Assembly (NCBI GenBank): GCA_963662585.1
Contig: OY759729.1
Coordinates: 2,880,001-2,944,000, forward strand
Reading direction: 5' to 3'
DNA: 64,000 nucleotides
Source: Candidatus Cloacimonadales bacterium
GTDB lineage: Bacteria; Cloacimonadota; Cloacimonadia; Cloacimonadales; JAFGVF01
The notes under the pieces are model-generated. The model ran no database searches. It worked only from the letters and a program-made list of their open reading frames with translations, and was not told where the DNA came from. Of the stretch, positions 1-10,459 are shown one piece after another (positions within the stretch are counted from its first letter, which is position 1; each line of letters starts with the position of its first letter). Made by a program: the position numbers and the translations under genes.

Positions 1-4
1 GAAT

Positions 5-129
5 GGCTCTCTCTCAAGTAGAGTGGATCTTAGGTGAAAAGAAGAGGCTACTCGACATTAGCTAAAGTTAAAAAAAAGAATATTTCTTGAGTATTATAAT
101 TAGAAACCACTCTACTTAAAAAAAGAGCC
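5..129. mobile_element. MITE with ISL3-like terminal inverted repeats (copy 1, 125 bp)
   Basis: Starts GGCTCTCTCTCAAGTAGAGTGG, ends CCACTCTACTTAAAAAAAGAGCC. Right flank ATAAGAAT (130-137); window begins GAAT (1-4), consistent with an 8-bp target duplication cut by the window edge. Same ends recur at 51362-51550. Confidence 0.75.
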
Positions 130-348
130 ATAAGAATAGGATTCACCAAGTAATCAGAGAGATGAAAATCACATCTGGAAATGATGATGATGCAGGCTGA
201 TCATGTATTAGCTATAAATCAAGGTAGAGCCCAATTAAGAGCTGAATATGAATTTGCTAATGAAACTTCTAGATGCAAATTCTATATATTCATCTGTGAT
301 TAATTTGATGCTGGACTTGAATATATAGGAGTTTTTTAACTGTGATAA

Positions 349-1605
349 TTAATCTATTTTATTTCTAGCAATTCTAAATCCAAGACCTAAACTACGATGG
401 GTAGGTGGGTTATGATCTCTTCGCCAATGAGAAACTTCGTAATTATTAACTCTACAAACATCTTCTTCATTCCGATAATCCCCACCTCTATTCATCCGCT
501 CATAATCTGAGTATTTATCCGAAACCCACTCCCAGACATTGCCAGACATATCATAGATTCCTAATTCATTAGGCTTTTTAGTTCCAACAAAAGCTAACTC
601 TCCACTAGAATTTTCATTGAAAACTGCTACTTGATTAGCATTATTACTACCACTATAAGTAAAGCCTTTAGTTTTATTTCCACCTCTGGAAGCAAACACC
701 CATTCATCTAAAGTAGGTAATCTAAAGCTTTCTGAATTTTCATTATTATATGCTGATTCATAAAATGGACTCAGATCATGAATCTTACTCAATGCATCGC
801 AAAAACGAATTGCCTCATACCAAGTAACTTCATTTTTTGGTTTGCTTTTAAAGATGTCCATACTTAAATATTTTTCTATTTCTTCAATATTTTGTAAGAG
901 CTTTGTTTTATCTGATAAAACATTATCGACCAACGAAACAAAATCATAGAACAAATCGGTAACTTCATATTTACCAATATAGAATGCATCTAATTGTGCT
1001 ATATTTGGATAATCATTATATAAGAATTGAATATTTATAGGTTCTCTCAAATAACTATATTCATATCTTAATTCCTGTTTAGTAAACTCTTTTGTTTTAT
1101 CCAAAGCTGAAATTAGAATTAAATCTGGATTTAATTTTTTTCTAATCTTACTTTTTAAAGTTGCAATATCATCATCATCATATTGATTTTCGAACTCTAG
1201 TATTTGGTTCTCAATTTTTTTTAAGTGTTTACTTCTGGGAAACATTTTCAAAAATTGCTTCTTATCTTTATAATTATTAATGTTTTTATAATAATACTCT
1301 TCTGCTCTTTTAAGAGTAAGTGTGGCCGTAACTTCAATCTTATTATCCATCTTAGCATGAATATATTCAGAATAAAGGAGAGGATTAATCTCATCATTAG
1401 TTTTTAGAATTAAGTTATACCTGCCAGGGTCAATTTCTACTTCTAATTTCCCTTTTGTACATCTACCTATTTTTTCATCTCCAAGATAAACAAAAGGGTT
1501 TTCTATATTTGCTGTAATCTTTAAGATAGGTAACGAAGCCCATAGGTTAATGGGAAGTGAGAGAAAAGCTATACATATTATTATAAAAAATTTACTTATC
1601 TTCAT
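349..1605 (-). CDS. Secreted PEGA-like + FGE-sulfatase (SUMF1/CLec-fold) domain protein
   Basis: Signal peptide MKISKFFIIICIAFLS; FYIGKYEVT, FRLPTLDEW, PNELGIYDMSGNVWEW, LGFRIAR motifs. Start moved from 1638 to ATG 1605 because AAGGAG RBS lies at 1612-1617. Confidence 0.8.
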   Translation of the reverse strand: MKISKFFIIICIAFLSLPINLWASLPILKITANIENPFVYLGDEKIGRCTKGKLEVEIDPGRYNLILKTNDEINPLLYSEYIHAKMDNKIEVTATLTLKRAEEYYYKNINNYKDKKQFLKMFPRSKHLKKIENQILEFENQYDDDDIATLKSKIRKKLNPDLILISALDKTKEFTKQELRYEYSYLREPINIQFLYNDYPNIAQLDAFYIGKYEVTDLFYDFVSLVDNVLSDKTKLLQNIEEIEKYLSMDIFKSKPKNEVTWYEAIRFCDALSKIHDLSPFYESAYNNENSESFRLPTLDEWVFASRGGNKTKGFTYSGSNNANQVAVFNENSSGELAFVGTKKPNELGIYDMSGNVWEWVSDKYSDYERMNRGGDYRNEEDVCRVNNYEVSHWRRDHNPPTHRSLGLGFRIARNKID

Positions 1606-1637
1606 TTTTATCTCCTTATACTTAGAATTAGATATCA

Positions 1638-4600
1638 TTAAAGAAATAACTTCAATGCTAGAAATATTAAAATTACGGAAATTAATCCTCCTGAAGTAAA
1701 CAATAGCAGTTTTCTTTTAGTATTCATATCGAGATGATTATTGCCCTCGGAAGTAACTAAGTTATTGTTTTCTTCTATATAGTTTTCTTTATTATCTTCG
1801 TTTCTATTCTTTTCATTACTAATTCTATTTTGTCGCTGGGCATATACTTTTTCTTTTCTTGATTTATCTAAATCTATCCATTGACATTTATCATTATTTT
1901 TATCTTTATCTTTAATTTTTTTTCGTTCTTTACGATTAATCTCATTTACTTGATTAATTTTACTTACTTTTTCAGGGCTCAAATCCATTCTAAATTCTTG
2001 CAGAGCTGTTTTGATAGACTCATTCAAACTTGTATTCTCTCTCTCTTCCGAATTTGTTTTAATTTTCTTCAACTCAGGCTCATAGAATGACTTCATAAAT
2101 CTTATCTTTGTATGTTTCAGTGTTGGATATCCCTGATTATCTGCTCGATTAATCTCCCAAACATTATCAAAATCCCAGCCAGTATCTGTATATGTTTCTT
2201 TCTTCTTTAAATCTGCATAATAAATCTCATTATTAGCCTTTTTTAATTCAAGACAGTCATCAATTTCATAATAACAGTTGGTTATATTAGTGTGTATATT
2301 CTCCTCAATAAAGCGACTAAGCCTTCTCTCTTTATATACATAACAAACAGAGAAAGAGTTAGTTATATTAGAATAATTAACATCATAGACAAATCCAGCG
2401 TGTTTATCTTGAGATGTAATGAGCGATTTACTATAACAATTTTCTATATCCGTAACAAATATAGAAGCAATAAAACCAGCACTTTTACCACCATTTTTTA
2501 TCATTGCTGTAGAGTGTGATTCAGTTATTTTTGAATCTGAAGCTTTACCAATAAATCCTGCATTAGTAGCTGAGTCAATGTTATACATATACATAATTTC
2601 AGTCTGACAATTGCTTATTATTGTTTTGTTACAATTTCCAATTAATCCACCTATCTCAATACTTTTTGAGCGATCTGAGAAAAGAATGTAAGAAAAGCGT
2701 TCATTATTATCTTTTTTGCCCTCTTTCAAGATTTTAATTTCGCAAGAACAATTGGTTATATGAGAATTATCAACAGTAGCGGCAAGACCTCCAATAATAG
2801 CCCCATCAATTATGTCTCCTCGGACAGTTATATTTCCAATTGTTGATTCATTAGTGATTTTCCCTGCTAAAATACCAACATTATTAAAGCCTGTGATTTT
2901 AGCATTTTCTAATATTAAGTCATTTACTCTGCCTCCAATAATTTCTCCAAACAATCCTAAGAATTTTGAATCTTGATTATCAATACTTAGGTTTTTTATG
3001 GTGTGTCCATTACCGTTAAAAGTGCCATATAAGAAAGGAATATATAAATTTGCGTACTCTGTTAGGTCTAAATCAGCTTTAAGCTCATATTTTGCTTTAG
3101 GGTTATGCATTGTAAATATAACATTTTGTAAATCTTCAGGAGTTTTAATCAATATTGAATTGGACAAATCTATGTTTTTTAGTGATTGAGATAAATATTG
3201 TTTTTTCCATTCAGAAAATAGAGCATCAGATAATCCAAGTTGAGATTTAACTTTTTCTCCATTTAGAAGAGACTTATCATAATTATAGAAAGAGTTTATA
3301 ATCTTACTATAATCCAAATTATCTTGGGATAAACCATCCACATTATAGCTAAATTTTAATAATGATAATCCTACTAATATTCCAATACCAGAATCCCCAT
3401 TAACATTGCTAGTTGTATAACTATTTTTGATGTAGCTATCATTTAGCCCTACTAATCCGCCAATGATTGAAGTGTTATCAGAAAAACCTCCAAAATGTTT
3501 ATCATAGCCACCGCAAACAAGATATGCATCAGACACATAATCTAATTCCCCTTTTACGGTTCCCATACTATAACACTTAACAAGCTCTGTTTTTAAGGTA
3601 TCCTGATCTTTTCTCTTTGAGCCAATATACTCTTCAGTTACATGTCTAACATTCTGAGCAACTAATCCTCCAACTGTATGGTAGCCAAAAATATCACCAG
3701 AAGCAAAGCTATCAATTATTTTACTTCCACCAGAGTTTTCTCCTACTAACCCTCCTACAACTTTATTACCTTCCACCATTGCAGATGATGAGCTAAGTTT
3801 TATTATTGAAGAGTTTTTATTTATTCCTACAAGACCACCACTATTCATTGTGTATAAAATTTCTTTTTGTGGATTCTTTTTGAATTCATCATAAATAGCA
3901 AGATTATTCCCATAAATATAATCACAAAGAATCTCTCCGGAAGAATGACAATTGATAATTTGGGAACTATTATCACTTACTCCAGCTAAAATACCAATGT
4001 TATTTAATCCTCTAATCGTTGCACTTTCTATCCATAAATCTTTCACTAGGACAGAATCTAAATAACCAAAAAATCCTACATTAGATTTTTTGGGTCGATT
4101 AATATGAATATTAGTTATCTTGTGATTATTACCATTAAAAGCGCCTGTGAAAGCTAAAGAATCATTCCCGATTGGGGTGAAACCTGCTCCATCATTCCAA
4201 TCAATTGTAGTTGAAGCGTCAATATCCCTTGTTAAAATAAAGCTTTTATCCCAATATCCAGGTTTAGATGATATTTCTCGTAACTTTTCCAAGGAAGATA
4301 TTTCTATAATTTTAGAGTTTTCTAACTTATTATTAGTATTTGAATCTACTAAAAAAGAATATACTTCTGACTTTGTTTGATGTTGAGAATTATTTTGCTT
4401 AGCTAGAACTAACCAATAATAGGAAGCACCATTATCTAAATCATTTAGACTATATTCTTCAGTTTTTAAGTTACTCCTTATTAGAGCATTTGGATTAAGA
4501 TTTACTACTTTTTCTTTATCTCTGTGTAGATAAAGATCAAATGAGTCAGTATACAGATTCTTATCCCACTTTAGGGTAACTGATTCAGAGAAAATTCTAC

Positions 4601-5450
4601 TGCAATTCTCAAGCTGTATCAACTTTGGGGGGTGGGGATAGCTTCTAATAAATGTGAATTTAATACCAGTTACAGGAATATTATAATTATTATAATAAAC
4701 ATTCAAAGTTTGAATATAATACTGTTTAGTTTTTTCGGGATAATAATATTCTTCCTTAGAATCATCATTAGGATAATATTCATTATTACTAAAAACTCTA
4801 TCAGTAGATTTAAGTATGTTTTCTATTTCAGAATAGTTAGTTCCTAAATAAATATTCCTCTTTTCATCATTATTAGCTTTTAGTTTAGCTACAATTTCTA
4901 AATTTTCCTGGGATAAATACTCAAATACTCCATCAAAAAGTACTCTTGTCTCCAAATAGATATAATTTCCTGCAATAAAAACATCATCTTGAACAAGAGT
5001 TCTTTTGGAAAACAATCTAAAGTCACTTAAGTCAAACTCAGTTCCTGAGTCAAATCTATTATATTTTTGTGCAGTATGGAATGTTTCTGTCATGTCCTTA
5101 TCTGTATTTTTTAAATATACATCTATTTGAAGAGAATTAATAACATTTTCCAGAAATGGTAAACTATCATTTAGATCTGATTTTTTGTATGACCTTATAT
5201 TATAATAATATTGTCTAATTTTCTCTAAGTCAGATCTATCAAGTTCAATAACAACAAAATATTTTAATTCTTGAATTCTCTTTGGTTGACCTAATTCAGG
5301 GTTTGTAAAAATATAATTGTTCTCTTCAAGAAGCTCACGATTTCCTTTAAATTCTTGTTCGAGGTAAGGTTCTTCTGTATTCAATCGATTTCCACAAGAA
5401 AAAACTGATAACACTAAAACTAAGATAATAAATTTAACCAAATTTCGCAT
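1638..5450 (-). CDS. Large GLUG-repeat (beta-helix adhesin-like) lipoprotein with C-terminal hydrophobic anchor
   Basis: Lipobox VFSC; GFTPIG..F.G.FNGNNH.I.N and repeated (V/I)GGLVG motifs; WDFDNVW.I..N.GYP end motif; charged linker and C-terminal TM-like segment. Confidence 0.75.
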   Translation of the reverse strand: MRNLVKFIILVLVLSVFSCGNRLNTEEPYLEQEFKGNRELLEENNYIFTNPELGQPKRIQELKYFVVIELDRSDLEKIRQYYYNIRSYKKSDLNDSLPFLENVINSLQIDVYLKNTDKDMTETFHTAQKYNRFDSGTEFDLSDFRLFSKRTLVQDDVFIAGNYIYLETRVLFDGVFEYLSQENLEIVAKLKANNDEKRNIYLGTNYSEIENILKSTDRVFSNNEYYPNDDSKEEYYYPEKTKQYYIQTLNVYYNNYNIPVTGIKFTFIRSYPHPPKLIQLENCSRIFSESVTLKWDKNLYTDSFDLYLHRDKEKVVNLNPNALIRSNLKTEEYSLNDLDNGASYYWLVLAKQNNSQHQTKSEVYSFLVDSNTNNKLENSKIIEISSLEKLREISSKPGYWDKSFILTRDIDASTTIDWNDGAGFTPIGNDSLAFTGAFNGNNHKITNIHINRPKKSNVGFFGYLDSVLVKDLWIESATIRGLNNIGILAGVSDNSSQIINCHSSGEILCDYIYGNNLAIYDEFKKNPQKEILYTMNSGGLVGINKNSSIIKLSSSSAMVEGNKVVGGLVGENSGGSKIIDSFASGDIFGYHTVGGLVAQNVRHVTEEYIGSKRKDQDTLKTELVKCYSMGTVKGELDYVSDAYLVCGGYDKHFGGFSDNTSIIGGLVGLNDSYIKNSYTTSNVNGDSGIGILVGLSLLKFSYNVDGLSQDNLDYSKIINSFYNYDKSLLNGEKVKSQLGLSDALFSEWKKQYLSQSLKNIDLSNSILIKTPEDLQNVIFTMHNPKAKYELKADLDLTEYANLYIPFLYGTFNGNGHTIKNLSIDNQDSKFLGLFGEIIGGRVNDLILENAKITGFNNVGILAGKITNESTIGNITVRGDIIDGAIIGGLAATVDNSHITNCSCEIKILKEGKKDNNERFSYILFSDRSKSIEIGGLIGNCNKTIISNCQTEIMYMYNIDSATNAGFIGKASDSKITESHSTAMIKNGGKSAGFIASIFVTDIENCYSKSLITSQDKHAGFVYDVNYSNITNSFSVCYVYKERRLSRFIEENIHTNITNCYYEIDDCLELKKANNEIYYADLKKKETYTDTGWDFDNVWEINRADNQGYPTLKHTKIRFMKSFYEPELKKIKTNSEERENTSLNESIKTALQEFRMDLSPEKVSKINQVNEINRKERKKIKDKDKNNDKCQWIDLDKSRKEKVYAQRQNRISNEKNRNEDNKENYIEENNNLVTSEGNNHLDMNTKRKLLLFTSGGLISVILIFLALKLFL

Positions 5451-5463
5451 TTTTCCTCCTTAG

Positions 5464-8400
5464 TTAATCTTTTAAATAAGGATAACCGTTATTTTTAAAA
5501 GTATTTATGCCCCAGATATTTTGGAAATCCCAACCTGCTTCACTAAAGGTCTTCTCAGATTTCATTTTTAAAGTATGTTTACCAATTCCACCTCCACTTA
5601 CATGACAGTTGGAAACATCTAAATCCCAGAAAGAGTCATTAACTGTAGAACGGTAAAGAAAAGCTGTTAATCCACCGATTTTTCCATTAGGAGATTTTTT
5701 GCTCAGTTCTAACTGACCCGATGCATAACAGTTACTAATCTCTATCATAGATCCTCGACCTATAAGTCCCCCGATATTATCTTCACCTGCTACCTTACTT
5801 CGCGAATAACAATTAGAAACTATAGCATTGAAACACCTCCCAATCAAAGCTCCTCCATATCTATTAGCAATAACTTCACCAGTGGCATGACAATAAGATA
5901 CATTGGTATTTGTTGCTTTACCTACTATTCCACCTACATCTTCATAGGTTGAAGATATTATATTTTCGGAAGAAGAGCTTTCAATTTTGATGTTATTATT
6001 ATTGGATTTGCTTACATTGCCTTTAGAACTTTCTCCTGTAATTCCACCAACTTTCTGTCTGCCTGAAACTTTAGTATTAGAAATACAGTTTGTGATATTA
6101 GCTGAACTTTTACCAACAATACCACCAACTTGATTTTTTCCCTGAACTTTACCCGAGACAGAGCAATTGTCAATGAAGGAATCCCCGGCTAATCCTACTA
6201 ATCCTCCAGTGTTATTTTCTCCAGTGATATCAACATTCTCTAATTTAAGATTATATATTTTTCCACCGCTGATTGCTTGGAATAATCCTACAGGAGAGAT
6301 CTCTGGACAATTTATGCTAACATTGGATATTGTGTGCCCATTACCATCAAATTCTCCTTTAAAATCAGGAATCATAAAATTAGGATGCTTTGTCATATCT
6401 AGATCTTTTGTTAATTTAAATTTTGTTCCATCTCTTCTACCAAAATAGCTAACATCCATAAGTTCAGTTTCGGAAGTAAGCAAGTAATATCCGTTTTCTT
6501 GTTTTAGATTACCTGAATATTCTTCTCGAGATGATTTAGCTTTATTGTTATTACTACTTATGTATTTCTTGTTCATACTATAAGGACTAATAATCTTTTC
6601 TCCATTTATTAAGGTATTTTCATAAATATAATAACTATTCTTAAATTCACTATTATCATACTCAGAAGGAGAAGAATTTCCTGCTAGATAACCAGTACTA
6701 GAAGTAGTTAACTCACCTTCAAAAATACAATTCTCAATACTATTACCATGCCCCCATCCTATCAATCCCCCAGAATTTCCACCACCATTAATTTTACCTG
6801 ATACTTGAGAGTTTTTTATGATGCTCTTATTACAATTACCAGCTATTGCTCCCGATGATGAGCTGGCATTAAGGGTGATATTGATTAAATTAAAATTTTT
6901 AATTGTTGCATTATCTAAATTTCCAAAAAAACCTTGTTGACTATTCCATCTATCATCAATTAATAAATTTTTAATTTTAAATCCTTTCCCATCATACTCT
7001 CCCTTAAAAGGAATTTTTGAGTCTCCGATAGGAGAGAATCCTTTCCCTTGATTCCATTTATGTGAATCTGAAGCATTTATATCTGCGGTTTGTACGAAGT
7101 ATTTGTCCCACATTAAAGGAGACTCACTTAGCGTCCTTAAATCATCTAAATTACTAATAGTAATTGGGTCATCTTTTGTTCCTAAATTAGGCCAAGGACT
7201 CTTAGTCGTAAAACTATAGTCACATATAATATCGTATTCTCCAGCTTTTTTTAAAACTACTTGCCAGAAGTACTGGTTATACTCTTTTAGAGTTCCTATT
7301 ATTTTAAATTTTATCTCTCCAGTTCCTTTTTCGATAACTTTATTTGTTGGAGGATAATTGTTCCCAAAATAGAGATCATAACTATCATAAGGAATTAGAT
7401 ATCTTGCTTCCAAAGTTGGTGAATAATCTATATTTATTGCTAAATCTGCCGGAGATATTTCTTCGCTTATTTGAATCTTGTTAACTGGATAGCCATTGTT
7501 AATTTTAGAATTTATATACCAGAGTTTATCAAAATCTTTATTGTTTTTTTTATACATTTGTGGGTTTTTCATCTCAAGAGTAGTTCTCCCATATTTCCCA
7601 TCTATTTTAGAGTTAGGGAAGAAATCCGAATTATAATATGAATTTTCTATCCTGCCATGGGAATACCCAGCTAATCCTCCAGTTTTTTTAGGGTCTTTTC
7701 CTTCTAACCAAGTTACAGAATAACTAGAATAAATCCCTGAATTATTATAACCAACTAAACCACCAATGTTCTCATTCCCTGTTATCTTAGCTTGTACAAA
7801 ACAGTTTTCTATTAATTTAGATGAATATTTATCTTTTGTAAAACCAGCAATTCCTCCAATATTATTATAAGCTTTGATATTCATATCAGTAATTCCTAAG
7901 TTAATAATCTTTCCAGCAATAACTTTGCCAAATAAGCCAATATTACTTGTATAAGGACAATTAATTGATATATTTTTTATAATCTTACCATTACCATCAA
8001 ATACACATCTAGTAACAGGGATATAGAAATTTGGATGTTTAGAGAAGTCTAAATTCCTTGTTAGTTTAAATTTATACTTTGAAAATCGAGCAAAGTAAAA
8101 TAGATGTTTAAAATCCTCTTCTGTGTTGATTAAGTAATATTCTCCTTCAGATTGATAAATTTTTCCGATATCCAAATGGGTAATTCGGTCTTTTAATTTA
8201 TTGAATACATTAGTATCAACAGCATATTCTGAGATAAATGGTTCATGATTAACTAATGTATTCTGATAGTCATAGAAGCACCCTATTGAATAACTTTCGT
8301 GTTCAACACCTTCAAGGTAAGTAATAGTATCTTCTTCAAGTCCAAAAATAGCACCAACATTTTCTTCTCCAATAATTCTCCCATCTACAAAACAGTTAGT

Positions 8401-8847
8401 AATAGTTGATTCACTGCTATTTCCACATAACCCACCTACATTTTTATTCCCTTTAATTGTAATGTTTTCCAGTGTTAGATTTTTTATAGTTGCTCCTGTT
8501 AACTCACCAAAAAGTCCAACATTATTAAATTTAGTCCTATCAATATAGAGGTTTATAATCTTAAAGCCTCTACCATCATAATTACCATTAAAACCATAAT
8601 TACCATTAATTGGAACAAATCCAGCTCTTCTTTTCCAGTTTTTAGTCTCTGTAGCATCAATATCTTGTGTCTGGACATAATACACATCATAAGAATCTGA
8701 TTTTAAGTTAGATAAATAGACAAGATTTTCTAATGTTGAAATCAGATAAGGATCAGATTCTGTTCCTATACCTATTGGTTTTATCATTTTTGCAAATAAA
8801 TTAATGGTTATTAAAAAAATTATGAGAAACACTATCAACTTTTTCAT
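5464..8847 (-). CDS. Large secreted GLUG-repeat protein with duplicated module
   Basis: Signal peptide MKKLIVFLIIFLITINLFA after GGAGGA RBS; two copies of G(T)..DP..IS.L..L / YxQTxDIxA / GF.PI / GGLxG / WxIN..NNGYP module. Confidence 0.75.
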   Translation of the reverse strand: MKKLIVFLIIFLITINLFAKMIKPIGIGTESDPYLISTLENLVYLSNLKSDSYDVYYVQTQDIDATETKNWKRRAGFVPINGNYGFNGNYDGRGFKIINLYIDRTKFNNVGLFGELTGATIKNLTLENITIKGNKNVGGLCGNSSESTITNCFVDGRIIGEENVGAIFGLEEDTITYLEGVEHESYSIGCFYDYQNTLVNHEPFISEYAVDTNVFNKLKDRITHLDIGKIYQSEGEYYLINTEEDFKHLFYFARFSKYKFKLTRNLDFSKHPNFYIPVTRCVFDGNGKIIKNISINCPYTSNIGLFGKVIAGKIINLGITDMNIKAYNNIGGIAGFTKDKYSSKLIENCFVQAKITGNENIGGLVGYNNSGIYSSYSVTWLEGKDPKKTGGLAGYSHGRIENSYYNSDFFPNSKIDGKYGRTTLEMKNPQMYKKNNKDFDKLWYINSKINNGYPVNKIQISEEISPADLAINIDYSPTLEARYLIPYDSYDLYFGNNYPPTNKVIEKGTGEIKFKIIGTLKEYNQYFWQVVLKKAGEYDIICDYSFTTKSPWPNLGTKDDPITISNLDDLRTLSESPLMWDKYFVQTADINASDSHKWNQGKGFSPIGDSKIPFKGEYDGKGFKIKNLLIDDRWNSQQGFFGNLDNATIKNFNLINITLNASSSSGAIAGNCNKSIIKNSQVSGKINGGGNSGGLIGWGHGNSIENCIFEGELTTSSTGYLAGNSSPSEYDNSEFKNSYYIYENTLINGEKIISPYSMNKKYISSNNNKAKSSREEYSGNLKQENGYYLLTSETELMDVSYFGRRDGTKFKLTKDLDMTKHPNFMIPDFKGEFDGNGHTISNVSINCPEISPVGLFQAISGGKIYNLKLENVDITGENNTGGLVGLAGDSFIDNCSVSGKVQGKNQVGGIVGKSSANITNCISNTKVSGRQKVGGITGESSKGNVSKSNNNNIKIESSSSENIISSTYEDVGGIVGKATNTNVSYCHATGEVIANRYGGALIGRCFNAIVSNCYSRSKVAGEDNIGGLIGRGSMIEISNCYASGQLELSKKSPNGKIGGLTAFLYRSTVNDSFWDLDVSNCHVSGGGIGKHTLKMKSEKTFSEAGWDFQNIWGINTFKNNGYPYLKD

Positions 8848-9706
8848 TAATCCTCCCATTTTAAAAAGAATAAATTATAAATTTAGTAAAGTTAATCATC
8901 TAAAATTTATTCAAGCAATACCATTTAATGTAGAACTCATAACACTTTTCACTTTTGTTTATTGCAGCAATAGTGGTGAATATTGCAGAAACATGATTAT
9001 AACTTTTTCTCTTATGTAAAATATTACTAATCATATTAGTTATGTCAAGATTAAATATTATTTATTTTTTGAAATAATTAACTTTTATTTAATATAATGT
9101 TAATCTTAATTAGCCATATAGTTTATGTATTAGTGTTTTCAAGTTATATCTATATAGGGGATGGAAAGACTATCAAGATTATCATGGTGAGAAAAGTTAT
9201 CTAATATATTATAAATTAAAAGACTATTATAATGTATCTTTTTTTATTATTAAACTGTTTAATGCTCGTTTTCTTGTTACCATCTAAAGAAGAAAGAATT
9301 GAGTGAGACTGTTCAAATAAGTTTTCACAACTAAGCCATATTATCCCACTTCTGAGAGAAAAGCAGTCCATAATATATATTGTAACAGCCTTATTTACAA
9401 TAAATTATAGCGTAGTTTTGTTAATATATGTTTTACATATAGGCTCATTATTGTACTATAAATAGTATTAAATGATAAATAATGGCTGTTGTCAATAGAG
9501 GATTATGGAACATTAATTTAGGATTTCGTCTGTATTTTTGGGTGTAACTCTACTTCAATCATTGGTAATGATAATAATTTAAGGGAACAGTCTCGTATTA
9601 TTTGCGACAAATAGGATAGGATAAAAAATGCTAAAATCTTGCGTAATTCAAAGAGTGATAAGGATTAATCTAAGCCTCAAACCTTGTAGCTAAACTGCTC
9701 TTCCAA

Positions 9707-9768
9707 TGCTCCACAACTGTTAACTCGAGCAAAATTCAAATTTTAATTGATTTCAGTGATAAGGAGCA
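9707..9768. repeat. 62-bp dispersed element with TGCTCC...GGAGCA ends (copy 1)
   Basis: Ungapped 44/62 identity with 35734-35795; last 14 bp identical (AGTGATAAGGAGCA). Confidence 0.6.
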
Positions 9769-10459
9769 AGCTATGACAGTAGATTATACGGGATGAGGTG
9801 TATAAAAGTCTGCCTAAACATAGAGAAAGCTATTGGTGGATTTCTACTGCATTTGTAAAGTCTTGGAACTAATATTTAGCCTTTTTATATCCCTAGCCTA
9901 CACTTCTGTATAATCTAAATTAACACGGCTAGTAGCATGAGAGAAGGCGATAGCAAAATCGCCATAGCGGAAATTAAATTGATTTATGTGAGAGAAGTAT
10001 AATCACTAGGATAAATTTTGCCTGGGCCTAGAGATGAGATTGAATATGTTCCAGAAGAATTCACTAACAAATCAAAACCGCTTATATAAGTCACCCAGCA
10101 TGGACCTTTAGGTGCTAATTACCTTGCCCCACTTATATCAATGATTAATGGAATAAACTTCCATGATAAAAATATTTGGGAGGAGTTGAAACTAATTTTA
10201 AGCACTATCATTAATAAGGGGATTATTTATTAATCCTGAAGACTCAAAGGAGTAAGCTTTATGTATGAAGGAAAGTTTATTCTTATTATGAAACAATATT
10301 ACTTAATCAATTAAATTGCAGTTCTTCCTCAAAATCTTGCACTTACAAACAAGTTAAGTCTTATTTATAACAAGTTTGATAGAAGATTAGTTATTGACAA
10401 GTTAAGCACTAAAAACAAACTTGGATTAAATAAATATTAATATAAAGTAGGAGAACTTT

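Noticed and set aside
349..500. 3' end of the left FGE gene as a DGR variable region
   Set aside because: Framework is diverged (RGGDY, insertion before GFR), codon usage is ordinary and it lacks the shared ATAGGCTTC/CGTAGTTCA ending.
1225..9019. Short plus-strand ORFs (60-93 aa) opposite the GLUG/FGE genes
   Set aside because: Antisense shadows of long genes with no motifs or RBS.
9512..9547. INLGFRL peptide resembling an FGE C-terminus or template repeat
   Set aside because: Too short, no upstream RGGS motif and not AAC-rich.
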